Shown: one piece after another, positions 48,059-56,624 of the stretch
Layout: every line of letters begins with the position of its first letter
Numbering within the stretch: the stretch's first letter is position 1
Assembly (NCBI GenBank): GCA_002071685.1
Contig: MWBO01000031.1
Location: 702-64,701 of the forward strand
From: a candidate division WS2 bacterium ADurb.Bin280
Lineage (GTDB): Bacteria > Patescibacteriota > UBA1384 > DTJR01
DNA: 64,000 nucleotides
Direction of reading: 5' to 3'
Notes under the pieces: model-generated
What the model saw: the letters and a program-made list of their open reading frames with translations, nothing else
Databases searched by the model: none
Told to the model about the DNA's origin: nothing
Translations under genes and position numbers: made by a program

Positions 48059-49579
48059 ATGCCTGATGAAAAACAAATCAATAACGATCAAAATGAAGAA
48101 CTTGACACCAAAGAGGATGGTCCCGACTCTTTGCAAGATGCTTACGACGACTACGAATCAATACGAGATTTAATAAAAAAACCATCTGATAATAAAAATA
48201 AAGAAGACTCTAGTCAATCAAATCAAAAAGAAAACGAGCCTACCGCCGGTGAACGAGGGGCTAAAGAAGAACAAGCCGACCTCCGTCAAGCAGATAGCCA
48301 AAATGTAAACCCCAATCAATCGCCAGAGGGACAGGATCGGCGCCCAACCCAAGAAACCAAAGCACCACAAAATACAAATCCTCGTGCCAAGGAAAACCAG
48401 ACCGGCCAAGCAACGAAGGATGCAAGCGAAAGCAACCCAAAGTCAAGTGGGGCCGAAGAAGCTCGAGCACCGGAGAGAGCGCCTCAAGCACAAACCCAGA
48501 ACGCCAAAGGCACTCCGGCGACACAAGGCGAACAGGGTGCCAAGGGGGCACTTTCTCAAGCCGGCAAGACAGGAGCTAGCGCTGAAAAAAACCTAGCCGG
48601 CCAAGGACTGAAGGCTGGAGCAAAACAAGCGGGTAAGGAAGTGGCCAAAGAAGGAGCGCTTGCCGCCAGTCGCACAGCCGCGGCAGCCGCTGCGCCAGAA
48701 TCTATGGGAGCTTCCCTTGCCGCCCAAGCCGGAATCGAGGCTGCCTCGCGATCAGTCGGATTTATTCAAAAAAATTTTTGGCTGATTCTAACTATCGTAA
48801 TCGCCTTATCTTTTGTAATCGGCGGAGGATTTGCCTACACCTACTTGGCTAAATTCTTTTTCTTCAATAAATTGGGAGGCGAGGAGAAGCAATTGTTAAA
48901 CGATCTTCGAGATGGCGTCAAGCAAGAGCGTCTAGTGCTTCAAAACGATGAGGATATTCAAAAAATCGAAAAAGGCGTGGGAAGTTTTGTCGCAACTAGC
49001 TTGATAAACGAACTTAGCAATAACCACGAAAAGATCAAAATAAACTACCTCGGTTCGCAAGATTCCTCAAGTGGCAACGAGCCCTACGAGTTTGATGTTC
49101 TGGGAGCTGATATAATAAAGTGTGTGAACTTGGCAAGCTCATCAAAAGCGGGCGAGTTTTTTGTTGACTTTGGCCAAAGCGCTTGGCAACAAGAACTCAA
49201 GAATCTTGGGGCAAATACTCTTTGCGCCGTCGATTATTATCCGAAAATCGAGCAAGCAAAGACTGGCAAATACTCTGACCATTATCAAATCAGAGAGTTC
49301 AGCGCCGATCAAGCTGATGCCTTTATTGATAAAATAATTGCTTATAAGCAGGCACAAATAATTGATGAAACAGCCGACATTGCCGCTAACGAGCAAAAAC
49401 AGCAAGACAATTTGCTCGCACCGCCTGATGTCATCAGAGTTAGCGAGCAGGTGGTAAGCGGTTTGCCTCCCCAATTAATAGAAAAGGTTAAATCAGCCAA
49501 AAACTACTCGTCATTCTCTTTGGCAACCTTCCCCAAGGGTGCAAGTAATACGGCAATGCACATTAGTTATCTAGAATGA
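48059..49579 (+). CDS. bitopic protein: disordered N-terminal region, one TM helix, C-terminal globular domain (operon gene 5)
   Basis: Low-complexity Q/A/G/K-rich first 230 aa, a TM helix FWLILTIVIALSFVIGGGFAY, then about 250 aa of unknown domain. Confidence 0.5.
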   Translation: MPDEKQINNDQNEELDTKEDGPDSLQDAYDDYESIRDLIKKPSDNKNKEDSSQSNQKENEPTAGERGAKEEQADLRQADSQNVNPNQSPEGQDRRPTQETKAPQNTNPRAKENQTGQATKDASESNPKSSGAEEARAPERAPQAQTQNAKGTPATQGEQGAKGALSQAGKTGASAEKNLAGQGLKAGAKQAGKEVAKEGALAASRTAAAAAAPESMGASLAAQAGIEAASRSVGFIQKNFWLILTIVIALSFVIGGGFAYTYLAKFFFFNKLGGEEKQLLNDLRDGVKQERLVLQNDEDIQKIEKGVGSFVATSLINELSNNHEKIKINYLGSQDSSSGNEPYEFDVLGADIIKCVNLASSSKAGEFFVDFGQSAWQQELKNLGANTLCAVDYYPKIEQAKTGKYSDHYQIREFSADQADAFIDKIIAYKQAQIIDETADIAANEQKQQDNLLAPPDVIRVSEQVVSGLPPQLIEKVKSAKNYSSFSLATFPKGASNTAMHISYLE

Positions 49580-52371
49580 TGAAAAAAAAATTATTTATCT
49601 TCACGGCTTTTGCCCTCTTCCTTTTTTTACCGTTTTCCTTAGCAAATGCAGCTAGCTCAACCGGGACGTACCAAAACGGCATAAAAAATTGGGAGAAAAA
49701 AACAAGCCCGATAGTTGCGGGTCAGAGCATTGACCCCAAAGAGATTTGCGATGAAATGTTTGCTGCAGATGAAAAAAATCTTTTCAAAGATGTCATTTGT
49801 TCGCTAAGTCGTGTAATCGCCGCCTCTACCTCACAATTTTCAACCGAAATGACATGCAAGATCCAGCAGGCACCAACGAAAAGCAACTATGTCGCCGTCG
49901 ACTTTGAATATAAAAATGGCTCTTGCCAAGCCACTTCTTCAAGCAGTAATTCTTCTGAAATATTCGGCTCAAAAACTGGCTCATCCCCCCTTGCTCAAAC
50001 GGCACCGACCGGACTCTACACAGGCAAAAGTATACTAACATCCGACTTGGCAGCGAACGAACAAGGGACAAAAAAGGCCTTCAACGCTCTTGCCTGGGTA
50101 CTTTCTATCGGCGCCCTGCTCGCACTCCTCGTCTATGCCTTTTCAAGTATTCTAAATATCGAGATAAACACTTATTCATTCAAAAAAGCCCTTCCACGCA
50201 CAATCGGCGCACTAATTGGCGGGTGGGTGTCGTTGTCAGTAATAATTCTACTTTCAAGGTTTGTCGATTTCTTCTATCGCTTCAATATTTTCTCCCCCTA
50301 TCAGTCACTCCACCCGATGGCAAACATTTTCTCTGGTAATTTCATCTTTTCTTCATCGCCTACAATCTCAAACAATGGTCTTGAAAACAGCATTTCTCTA
50401 ATCTTTCAAGCAGGAGGTCAACTTCTCGAAAATCAATCCTCCATCGCCTCGCTAATACTTGGCGCGCTTGTCTTGGGGATTCCTGCGATTGTGGTAATAG
50501 TGTTTGAGTATGTAATGGCTCTAAGACCCTTTGTTGTCTCCCTGCTGGCGGCAGTTTCCCCCATTGCCTTTGCCTCGTTCATCCTTCCGCAAACGCAAGT
50601 ATTTTTCAAAAAGTGGCTCCAATATTTACTGATCGCTCTTTTTTATCCATTGGCAGTCAATTTCGTTTTTTATTTTTTGAACCTGATCGAGGTAAGCGGT
50701 AGTAATCCGGTCCCCTTCTTCGCTCAATGGGCCTTCAAGATATTTGCAATTATTGTTTTGATAAGACTACCTTTTAAAATCACCAGCGATGTCGCTATTC
50801 TTTCCAGTAAACTGTCAACAAGCCCACTCGGCCAATCGCTTGGCCTAAACAAAGCGTTTCCTTCAAAATCAACGACTGCAGAAGGATTGCCAAAGAGCGA
50901 TGACGCACTCAAAGCAAATAATAAAATGGCGCAAGTTGTCGCACCAAAGAGAAACTTTTTATCAAAAATTTCACAAAACACAAAAAATGAAACAAGTTTC
51001 AAAAAGCCCCGAACCGACTACAGTCAAAATCTGGAAAATCTTGGCAAGAAGCAGAATATTTTAATGAGCCAAGCCAATGATGCCAATCTGCAAAGAAGCC
51101 CCGAAATGATCAAAAATTCAATTTCAGATCTCTCTCTCGGTATCTTAAAATCGGTAGCGCACAAAAGCGATATGCAGATATGGCGAGACACCAGATTGAT
51201 AGAACAACTCAAAAATCAAGACGGGAGAATTCTTGACGAACAGGGTGCCGCCCTCAGGGCCGATTCGGTGCGAAAAGCGATCAGATTGTCACAACTGTCT
51301 GAAAACGGAGAGCTCGTCAATAAAGATCTTATTGAACACTTTGCCTCAAAAGGAGCGCTTGCCCTTTTACCACAAGAAACAATCCGGAGAGCCCTTGAGC
51401 AAAAAATTATCTCCCAAAATGATCTCGCCTCGTCATTTGGCAAAAATTACAAATTAGAAAATCGAGATAAAAACGCCGGATTGATCGAAAAAGATCGAAT
51501 TAGAGGAATACTAGACCAAGATCGCCTCGATTATTCAAGCGGATTTAATTTTCTAAAAAATCAAATAGACGAGGAGGCGGACGCCCTCTTGCCAAAAGGA
51601 AAAATTACAGGGGATGAAATAGCCAAAAATTTCTTATCTGAAGCAAATGTTTCGCGTGAAAACCTGCCCCACGTCACAAAGCGTCTCAAGGAAGAAGAAA
51701 ATAGTTCCATCGCCAAACTTTCCTCGGCAATTTCAAGTGCCGGAGTAGAGAAAAAAACTGCTCTCGCCTTGGCGCAAAATAAACAAATCAGTCCAGCACA
51801 GATAGCCAAGTACTTACCCGACCAAAGCAAGGACCAGCAAACTTTGAAACTGATCAGCCAGCAAGTCGCTAAGCGCGACCTAAATAGCGCAGTCTCTTCC
51901 AAAATAAACGAAACGGTCAGCGCTCAAGAGTTTGCTTCAGCAGCAGCAATAACCCAAAAACTCTCTTCAGTGTTGAAAGAAAACCCTCAACTCAAATTAG
52001 ACGAAATTTCTAAGATGTCTTCAGCGTTGCTTGAAAAAACAAAAGGCGACGCAGATGAGGCGCAAATATCCCCCTTGGTGAGTCAAATAGAAAAATTCCA
52101 TCCAGCAATGCAAATTGAGACAGCTACAAATGCCAAAAGCAAAACTGAAATTGCAAAGAAAAAAGCTCAAGAAGTTAGCGAGACAATTGAAGTAATCAGA
52201 CAAGCGGGATTCAATGAAGACGATGTCAAAAGTAACCCCGCTCTAATTATGGAAAAAATTAAAAAGTTCATCTACGGCAAAAACGATAGCAGCAAGAGTG
52301 ATGCAAACTCTCCAGTCAAAAAAGATAGTACTTTTGACAGTGAATTAAGCAAAATATCTTCACAGTCTTAA
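49576..52371 (+). CDS. VirB6/TrbL-like polytopic membrane protein with an N-terminal secreted domain and a ~500 aa C-terminal extension (operon gene 6)
   Basis: Signal peptide, and the motif LRPFVVSLLAAVSPIAFASFILPQTQVFFKKWLQYLLIALFYPLAVNF. ATGA overlap with gene 5. Confidence 0.5.
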   Translation: MMKKKLFIFTAFALFLFLPFSLANAASSTGTYQNGIKNWEKKTSPIVAGQSIDPKEICDEMFAADEKNLFKDVICSLSRVIAASTSQFSTEMTCKIQQAPTKSNYVAVDFEYKNGSCQATSSSSNSSEIFGSKTGSSPLAQTAPTGLYTGKSILTSDLAANEQGTKKAFNALAWVLSIGALLALLVYAFSSILNIEINTYSFKKALPRTIGALIGGWVSLSVIILLSRFVDFFYRFNIFSPYQSLHPMANIFSGNFIFSSSPTISNNGLENSISLIFQAGGQLLENQSSIASLILGALVLGIPAIVVIVFEYVMALRPFVVSLLAAVSPIAFASFILPQTQVFFKKWLQYLLIALFYPLAVNFVFYFLNLIEVSGSNPVPFFAQWAFKIFAIIVLIRLPFKITSDVAILSSKLSTSPLGQSLGLNKAFPSKSTTAEGLPKSDDALKANNKMAQVVAPKRNFLSKISQNTKNETSFKKPRTDYSQNLENLGKKQNILMSQANDANLQRSPEMIKNSISDLSLGILKSVAHKSDMQIWRDTRLIEQLKNQDGRILDEQGAALRADSVRKAIRLSQLSENGELVNKDLIEHFASKGALALLPQETIRRALEQKIISQNDLASSFGKNYKLENRDKNAGLIEKDRIRGILDQDRLDYSSGFNFLKNQIDEEADALLPKGKITGDEIAKNFLSEANVSRENLPHVTKRLKEEENSSIAKLSSAISSAGVEKKTALALAQNKQISPAQIAKYLPDQSKDQQTLKLISQQVAKRDLNSAVSSKINETVSAQEFASAAAITQKLSSVLKENPQLKLDEISKMSSALLEKTKGDADEAQISPLVSQIEKFHPAMQIETATNAKSKTEIAKKKAQEVSETIEVIRQAGFNEDDVKSNPALIMEKIKKFIYGKNDSSKSDANSPVKKDSTFDSELSKISSQS

Positions 52372-52381
52372 AAAACAGGAA

Positions 52382-53596
52382 CTAAGTTATTTGAGAAAGC
52401 TCCAAGAGCTCCGGCGAGTCGCTGTTTCGTTTTTTGATCTCGATTTTGTCTTGAGTTTTTTCTGAAACAACAAGGCGATTTGGCATACCAAGCAGATCGG
52501 CATCGGCGAATTTCTCCCCCGCCGAAAGGTCGCGATCGTCAAAAATAACTTCTATCCCCCTTGAAACAAGCTCATTATAGATCTCGTCCGCCCTCTGCTT
52601 GCTATTTTCTCCCAGAGAGATCAGGTGATATTTATAAGGAGCAATACCCTCCGGCCAAATAATTCCTTTTTCATCTTTGTTCAATTCAACAGCCGTCCCC
52701 ATCAGTCTTTGAATACCGATTCCATAGCATCCCATCAAAACCGGCTTAATTTTTGAATCCTTATCGACAAAATTAAGCTCGAACGGCTGACTGTACTTTG
52801 TTCCAAGTTTGAAAATATTGCCAACTTCAACTGCCTTTATAATTTGATATTCCTTGCTTTTGCATTCCGGACATTCAAAGTCTCCCTCGACGATCTCTTT
52901 ATTGACCCCCGTGGAGCAAGCGTTACAGACATATATTTCATCCTCGCCGGCGTCGGTTTCGCTCTGAAATTCGTGAGAATATTTCGAGAAAGTTCCTCCT
53001 GAGGCATAAACGAGATAAGTCTTTTGTCTGATGCCTGTTCTTTCAAAAATTTTCCAGTAAGATTGCAGAACTTCGTCGTAATATCTGTCCAAGTCCTCTT
53101 GGTTCTCGTGAAATGAGTAAAGATCCTTCATCAAAAATTCCCTAGTTCTAAGAACGCCTGACTTTGCTCTCGCCTCGTTTCGAAACTTATTTTGTATCTG
53201 ATAAAGACCGAAGGGTAAATCTTTGTAAGAAAGGGTAAACTTTTTGGCAAGGGGGGAAACGATCTCTTCGTGAGTGGCGCCCAAAGCATATTCTTTTTCA
53301 TCCCTCCCCTTCAATTTAAACAAAGCATCAAAATTATCATACCTGTCGGTTGTGACCAAATTTGCTTTGGGAATGAGACCGCTCATCAGAATTTCCTGCG
53401 CCTCAAGAGCGTTTATCTCCTCTCTGATAATATTTGAAATTTTATTAACCACCCTCAAGCCAAGAGGCAAAAGAGTATAGATACCGGCAGCAACTTTATC
53501 AACATAACCCCCTCGAATCAAAAGCTGGGCGCTCAAGGATTGCTCGTCCTTGGGATAGTCCTTAATTGTCTTGCTAAAAGATTTGGAAAGTCTCAT
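52382..53596 (-). CDS. proS: proline--tRNA ligase, short bacterial-type form without an INS editing domain
   Basis: Class II motifs (SHEFQ, MGCYGIGIQR) and an anticodon-binding C-terminus. A CNAC...CPEC Zn-ribbon-like insert sits where the INS domain normally lies. Confidence 0.85.
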   Translation of the reverse strand: MRLSKSFSKTIKDYPKDEQSLSAQLLIRGGYVDKVAAGIYTLLPLGLRVVNKISNIIREEINALEAQEILMSGLIPKANLVTTDRYDNFDALFKLKGRDEKEYALGATHEEIVSPLAKKFTLSYKDLPFGLYQIQNKFRNEARAKSGVLRTREFLMKDLYSFHENQEDLDRYYDEVLQSYWKIFERTGIRQKTYLVYASGGTFSKYSHEFQSETDAGEDEIYVCNACSTGVNKEIVEGDFECPECKSKEYQIIKAVEVGNIFKLGTKYSQPFELNFVDKDSKIKPVLMGCYGIGIQRLMGTAVELNKDEKGIIWPEGIAPYKYHLISLGENSKQRADEIYNELVSRGIEVIFDDRDLSAGEKFADADLLGMPNRLVVSEKTQDKIEIKKRNSDSPELLELSQIT

Positions 53597-53633
53597 ATGA
53601 TAAATTTAACAGTTCGGACAAAATAATGAAAGA

Positions 53634-53666
53634 GGGCGGTGTGTGCGCATTGCGCACACACCGCCC
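53634..53666 (-). terminator. intrinsic terminator of the island D bicistron
   Basis: 15-bp perfect stem GGGCGGTGTGTGCGC / GCGCACACACCGCCC with a 3-nt loop. The minus-strand tail is TCTTTCATTATTTT. Confidence 0.6.
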
Positions 53667-53675
53667 CTTTGATTC

Positions 53676-54218
53676 TCAGCGAGCCCGAGCAAGCAGTAGC
53701 CGGCCGGTCGCTTGCATTTCCTGTCCGCGCTCAAGGCGATCGCCAACCTGCGAAGCGGCGAACGCCTTATACGCATAGGCGCGGTCGCCGTTACAGCACT
53801 CAAGCACTATCCGGAAGACGTAGTTGCCGGACCGGCCAACCTTCCTGACGATCTCAAGTGCCGCCTCGCCTGCGATCTTGCACTGGCGTCCTTCTTCGTT
53901 CCAGCCCACCAGAAAATCCAGGGCCTCCGCGCCACCATTGGCGCTCGGGACGATCACCAGAACATTCTGGTAGCCAGGGTTGTGTGTCGCATTTTCGCGA
54001 ACAGAGCAAATGGCGTTCCTCTCAAGCTTCCACGGGGGATTGGGCCGACTGTTGTCGATCAGAGCATTCGCTCCGACAACAAATGACCCGCCGTCCTTAC
54101 CGGCAAGTCCGCGAATCCTTTGTATTGCGCCAGATGTGACGTAAACGCCCTGGCCGTTTGGCGCCCTCCCAATCCCATATTTAGCGCCTGACGGCAGCTC
54201 TAGTGTCGCCTCTACCAT
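53676..54218 (-). CDS. hypothetical protein, GC-rich island D, gene 2 (180 aa)
   Basis: Its ATG lies inside the ATGGTAG overlap with gene 1. Codon structure looks coding, and a terminator lies 9 nt downstream. No family recognised. Confidence 0.5.
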   Translation of the reverse strand: MVEATLELPSGAKYGIGRAPNGQGVYVTSGAIQRIRGLAGKDGGSFVVGANALIDNSRPNPPWKLERNAICSVRENATHNPGYQNVLVIVPSANGGAEALDFLVGWNEEGRQCKIAGEAALEIVRKVGRSGNYVFRIVLECCNGDRAYAYKAFAASQVGDRLERGQEMQATGRLLLARAR

Positions 54219-54565
54219 TTCGCGACCTCCATGATCCTTGCGGGCTCGCCGATGATGAAGTATACCCGACCGGACTTGTCTGGATCGTGGATGATCATCG
54301 ACAAGCCAAGCTCGAGGTACAACTCTTCTTTCGGCTGATTCAGAAGAATCCTGGCCACAGCTGCCGCTGCTTGTCCGGCGAAAACGATCACCGCTTCGCT
54401 GACCGCGCTAGCCAATGTGTTGCGCGGTAGCTTGAGCTGCTGCTCGATCGCCTCCTTGCTGAGATGACAATGTACAAGACAGGGATCGCACGGCATCGCC
54501 AACAGGCAATCGTAGCCAGCTGGCACCCGCCACCACAAAACCTCACCATGAGCGAGGACGTACAT
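54212..54565 (-). CDS. hypothetical protein, GC-rich island D, gene 1 (117 aa)
   Basis: GGGAGGAG SD 6 nt upstream of ATG 54565. No family recognised. Confidence 0.5.
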   Translation of the reverse strand: MYVLAHGEVLWWRVPAGYDCLLAMPCDPCLVHCHLSKEAIEQQLKLPRNTLASAVSEAVIVFAGQAAAAVARILLNQPKEELYLELGLSMIIHDPDKSGRVYFIIGEPARIMEVAKW

Positions 54566-54652
54566 CGCACACTCCTCCCGCCAACCAAAGATAGGTACGA
54601 AAACGTATATTTTTTATCAAAAAATAGATCTTAAATCAATGCAAAAAGCTTT

Positions 54653-55888
54653 TTAGCCCTCACGTAGAGCTTCAACCGGATCCTTAAGTGAAGCTCTAAT
54701 CGCCGGAATGAGGCCGAAAATCACCCCTACAAGCGTGCAAAAAACAACAGATAGAACAACTACCGTCGAAGTCAGATGGGGCTCGATGACCGTTTTTTCC
54801 GCCACAACCCGATTGACGACAAGCGAGAGAAAGAGCCCGAAAGCCCCGCCAAGAATCGACAAAATGATGGATTCTATCAGAAATTGCAAAGTGATAACAC
54901 CGCCCGTAGCACCGAGCGCCTTCCTGATGCCTATCTCCCGCGTTCTATCTGCCACGGACATGAACATGACCGAGGAAATACCGATCCCTCCGACAATCAG
55001 CGAGATTGCCCCAATCGCCGAAACAGCGGAGGTTAGAATATTAATAATGCTTGAAAACATATCCAGCAACTCTTCTTGAGTGAGAACCGAAAACTCGTCG
55101 TCTTTGTGCCTCAGAAGCATATTTTGCTTGATTCTTTCGACGGTTTCGTCGATGGTATTTGAATCGTTAGCCGAAACAGCAATTCTCATAATTTTATCTT
55201 CGCCTCCGTTTATCCTCTTGGCTTGATCCATAGTAATTATCGCCACAGAGTCATAATCTGAAGAAAAAAGCTCACCAGCGTCCTTGGGCTTCTGAAGCTG
55301 TCCGATGATTTCAAATTCATCCTTGCCAATCTCAACTTTCTCTCCCACGATGTTTTCTTTGCCCTCAAAAAGCTGTTCTCTGATCATATCTGCGACGACA
55401 ATCTTCTTTTGATCGCTGTCGCTATCTTCAATAAAACGGCCGTATTTCACTTCAAAACCGCTCATCACGTCCTTCATGGGAGGATTCGTCCCCATAATCA
55501 TTGAACCGGAAACCTTGTCGCCCTTGCGGACGCTTCCCGCCGCCAGAGCTATTGGGGCAACCGCTTTGACTCCCTCGATTTTAGAAATTTCGTCGGCATC
55601 TTCTCTCTTTAAAATATCACCCGAGATGAAATTGGCCGGATTTGACATCTGAGACTGATTGAAACCACCCGAATCTGTCTCTATCTTTCCCGACAAAACT
55701 ACGATTAAGTTCGTTCCTATACCCTCAACCGTCTTGGTGACGTCTTTTTCCACGCCCTTGCCGATAGAAACGAGTGAAATAACCGCCGCAATGCCAACCA
55801 TTACTCCCAAGACGGCAAAAAACGATCTCAGCTTGTGTCTAAAAATACTTATAAAAGCTTCTTTTATAATCAATGGAATCAATTTCAT
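54653..55888 (-). CDS. ABC transporter permease, MacB/FtsX-type
   Basis: N-terminal TM segment, a large periplasmic domain and a C-terminal FtsX region (GIRKALGATGG). Confidence 0.85.
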   Translation of the reverse strand: MKLIPLIIKEAFISIFRHKLRSFFAVLGVMVGIAAVISLVSIGKGVEKDVTKTVEGIGTNLIVVLSGKIETDSGGFNQSQMSNPANFISGDILKREDADEISKIEGVKAVAPIALAAGSVRKGDKVSGSMIMGTNPPMKDVMSGFEVKYGRFIEDSDSDQKKIVVADMIREQLFEGKENIVGEKVEIGKDEFEIIGQLQKPKDAGELFSSDYDSVAIITMDQAKRINGGEDKIMRIAVSANDSNTIDETVERIKQNMLLRHKDDEFSVLTQEELLDMFSSIINILTSAVSAIGAISLIVGGIGISSVMFMSVADRTREIGIRKALGATGGVITLQFLIESIILSILGGAFGLFLSLVVNRVVAEKTVIEPHLTSTVVVLSVVFCTLVGVIFGLIPAIRASLKDPVEALREG

Positions 55889-56586
55889 TTAATCTCGCTC
55901 CCCTCGCCGATTATGTTTCCATCTCGCATTGTGATAATTCTGTCTGCTTTTTTGGCAACATCTAAATTGTGTGTCACTATGACAATTGTCTGTCCATTTC
56001 TCGACAAGTCCTTCAATATTTTGACTATTTCATCGGAGTTTTTACTATCAAGTTCGCCTGTCGGCTCATCAGCCAGCACCACCGCCGGTTCGTTCACCAA
56101 AGCCCGAGCAATCGCCACTCTTTGTTGTTGTCCGCCCGAAAGTTCGTTCGGGCGATGAGTCATTCTGTCGGCAAGCCCAACACTTCGCAAGATTTTCTCC
56201 GCTTTTTCTTTGGCACGCCGAGCGCTCTCGCCGGCATACCGCGCTGATAAAATGACATTTTCCTTTGCATTTAGAGTGTTGATCAGGTTAAATCCCTGAA
56301 AAACAAAACCAATCTTTTGTGCCCTTACCCTAGGATAGAGTCGCTTGGGCAGTCTTTTCATATTTTCCCCATCTATGATAATCTCGCCCTTACTGGGAGT
56401 TTGCAGTAGGCCCAAAAGATGCATCAGGGTTGATTTTCCGCTCCCCGAAGGTCCGACCAAGGCAACAAATTCGCCTCTATAGGCCTCAAAGTCAACGCCA
56501 CACAAAGCGTGAACGACATTCGCCTTGCCCTGATTATAAGTTTTGACCAAGCCTCTGGCACTGATAATGGGATTTTTTGTTTTCAT
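55885..56586 (-). CDS. ABC transporter ATP-binding protein (MacB/LolD-like)
   Basis: GPSGSGKSTL, LSGGQQQRVAIARAL and LADEPTGELD motifs. The start is set to ATG 56586 (MKTKNPIISARGL). Confidence 0.9.
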   Translation of the reverse strand: MKTKNPIISARGLVKTYNQGKANVVHALCGVDFEAYRGEFVALVGPSGSGKSTLMHLLGLLQTPSKGEIIIDGENMKRLPKRLYPRVRAQKIGFVFQGFNLINTLNAKENVILSARYAGESARRAKEKAEKILRSVGLADRMTHRPNELSGGQQQRVAIARALVNEPAVVLADEPTGELDSKNSDEIVKILKDLSRNGQTIVIVTHNLDVAKKADRIITMRDGNIIGEGSEIK

Positions 56587-56624
56587 ATCAAGTTGTATAA
56601 TAGAAGATGAATTATAAAAAGTAA

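Noticed and set aside
48230-48760. Locally GC-richer stretch inside 48059-49579 (also 46960-47060 and much of 60439-61299), considered as additional foreign islands.
   Set aside because: These stretches are in frame within long host-like ORFs and encode Ala/Gly/Gln/Pro-rich low-complexity regions. Amino-acid bias explains the composition.
44456-52371. Calling the operon a complete type IV secretion or conjugation system.
   Set aside because: I saw no Walker-A ATPase (VirB4, VirB11 or VirD4), relaxase, pilin or VirB8/9/10 signature in any ORF of the window. Only the VirB6-like membrane motif supports the link, so the claim is limited to VirB6-like paralogs.
53606-54588. Alternative ORFs in island D: 53606-53803 (-), 53639-53848 (+), 53712-54086 (+), 53858-54139 (+), 54203-54430 (+) and 54388-54588 (-).
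   Set aside because: They overlap the coupled bicistron in other frames or on the other strand. They have Arg-rich translations and no start or stop signals. One runs through the terminator hairpin.
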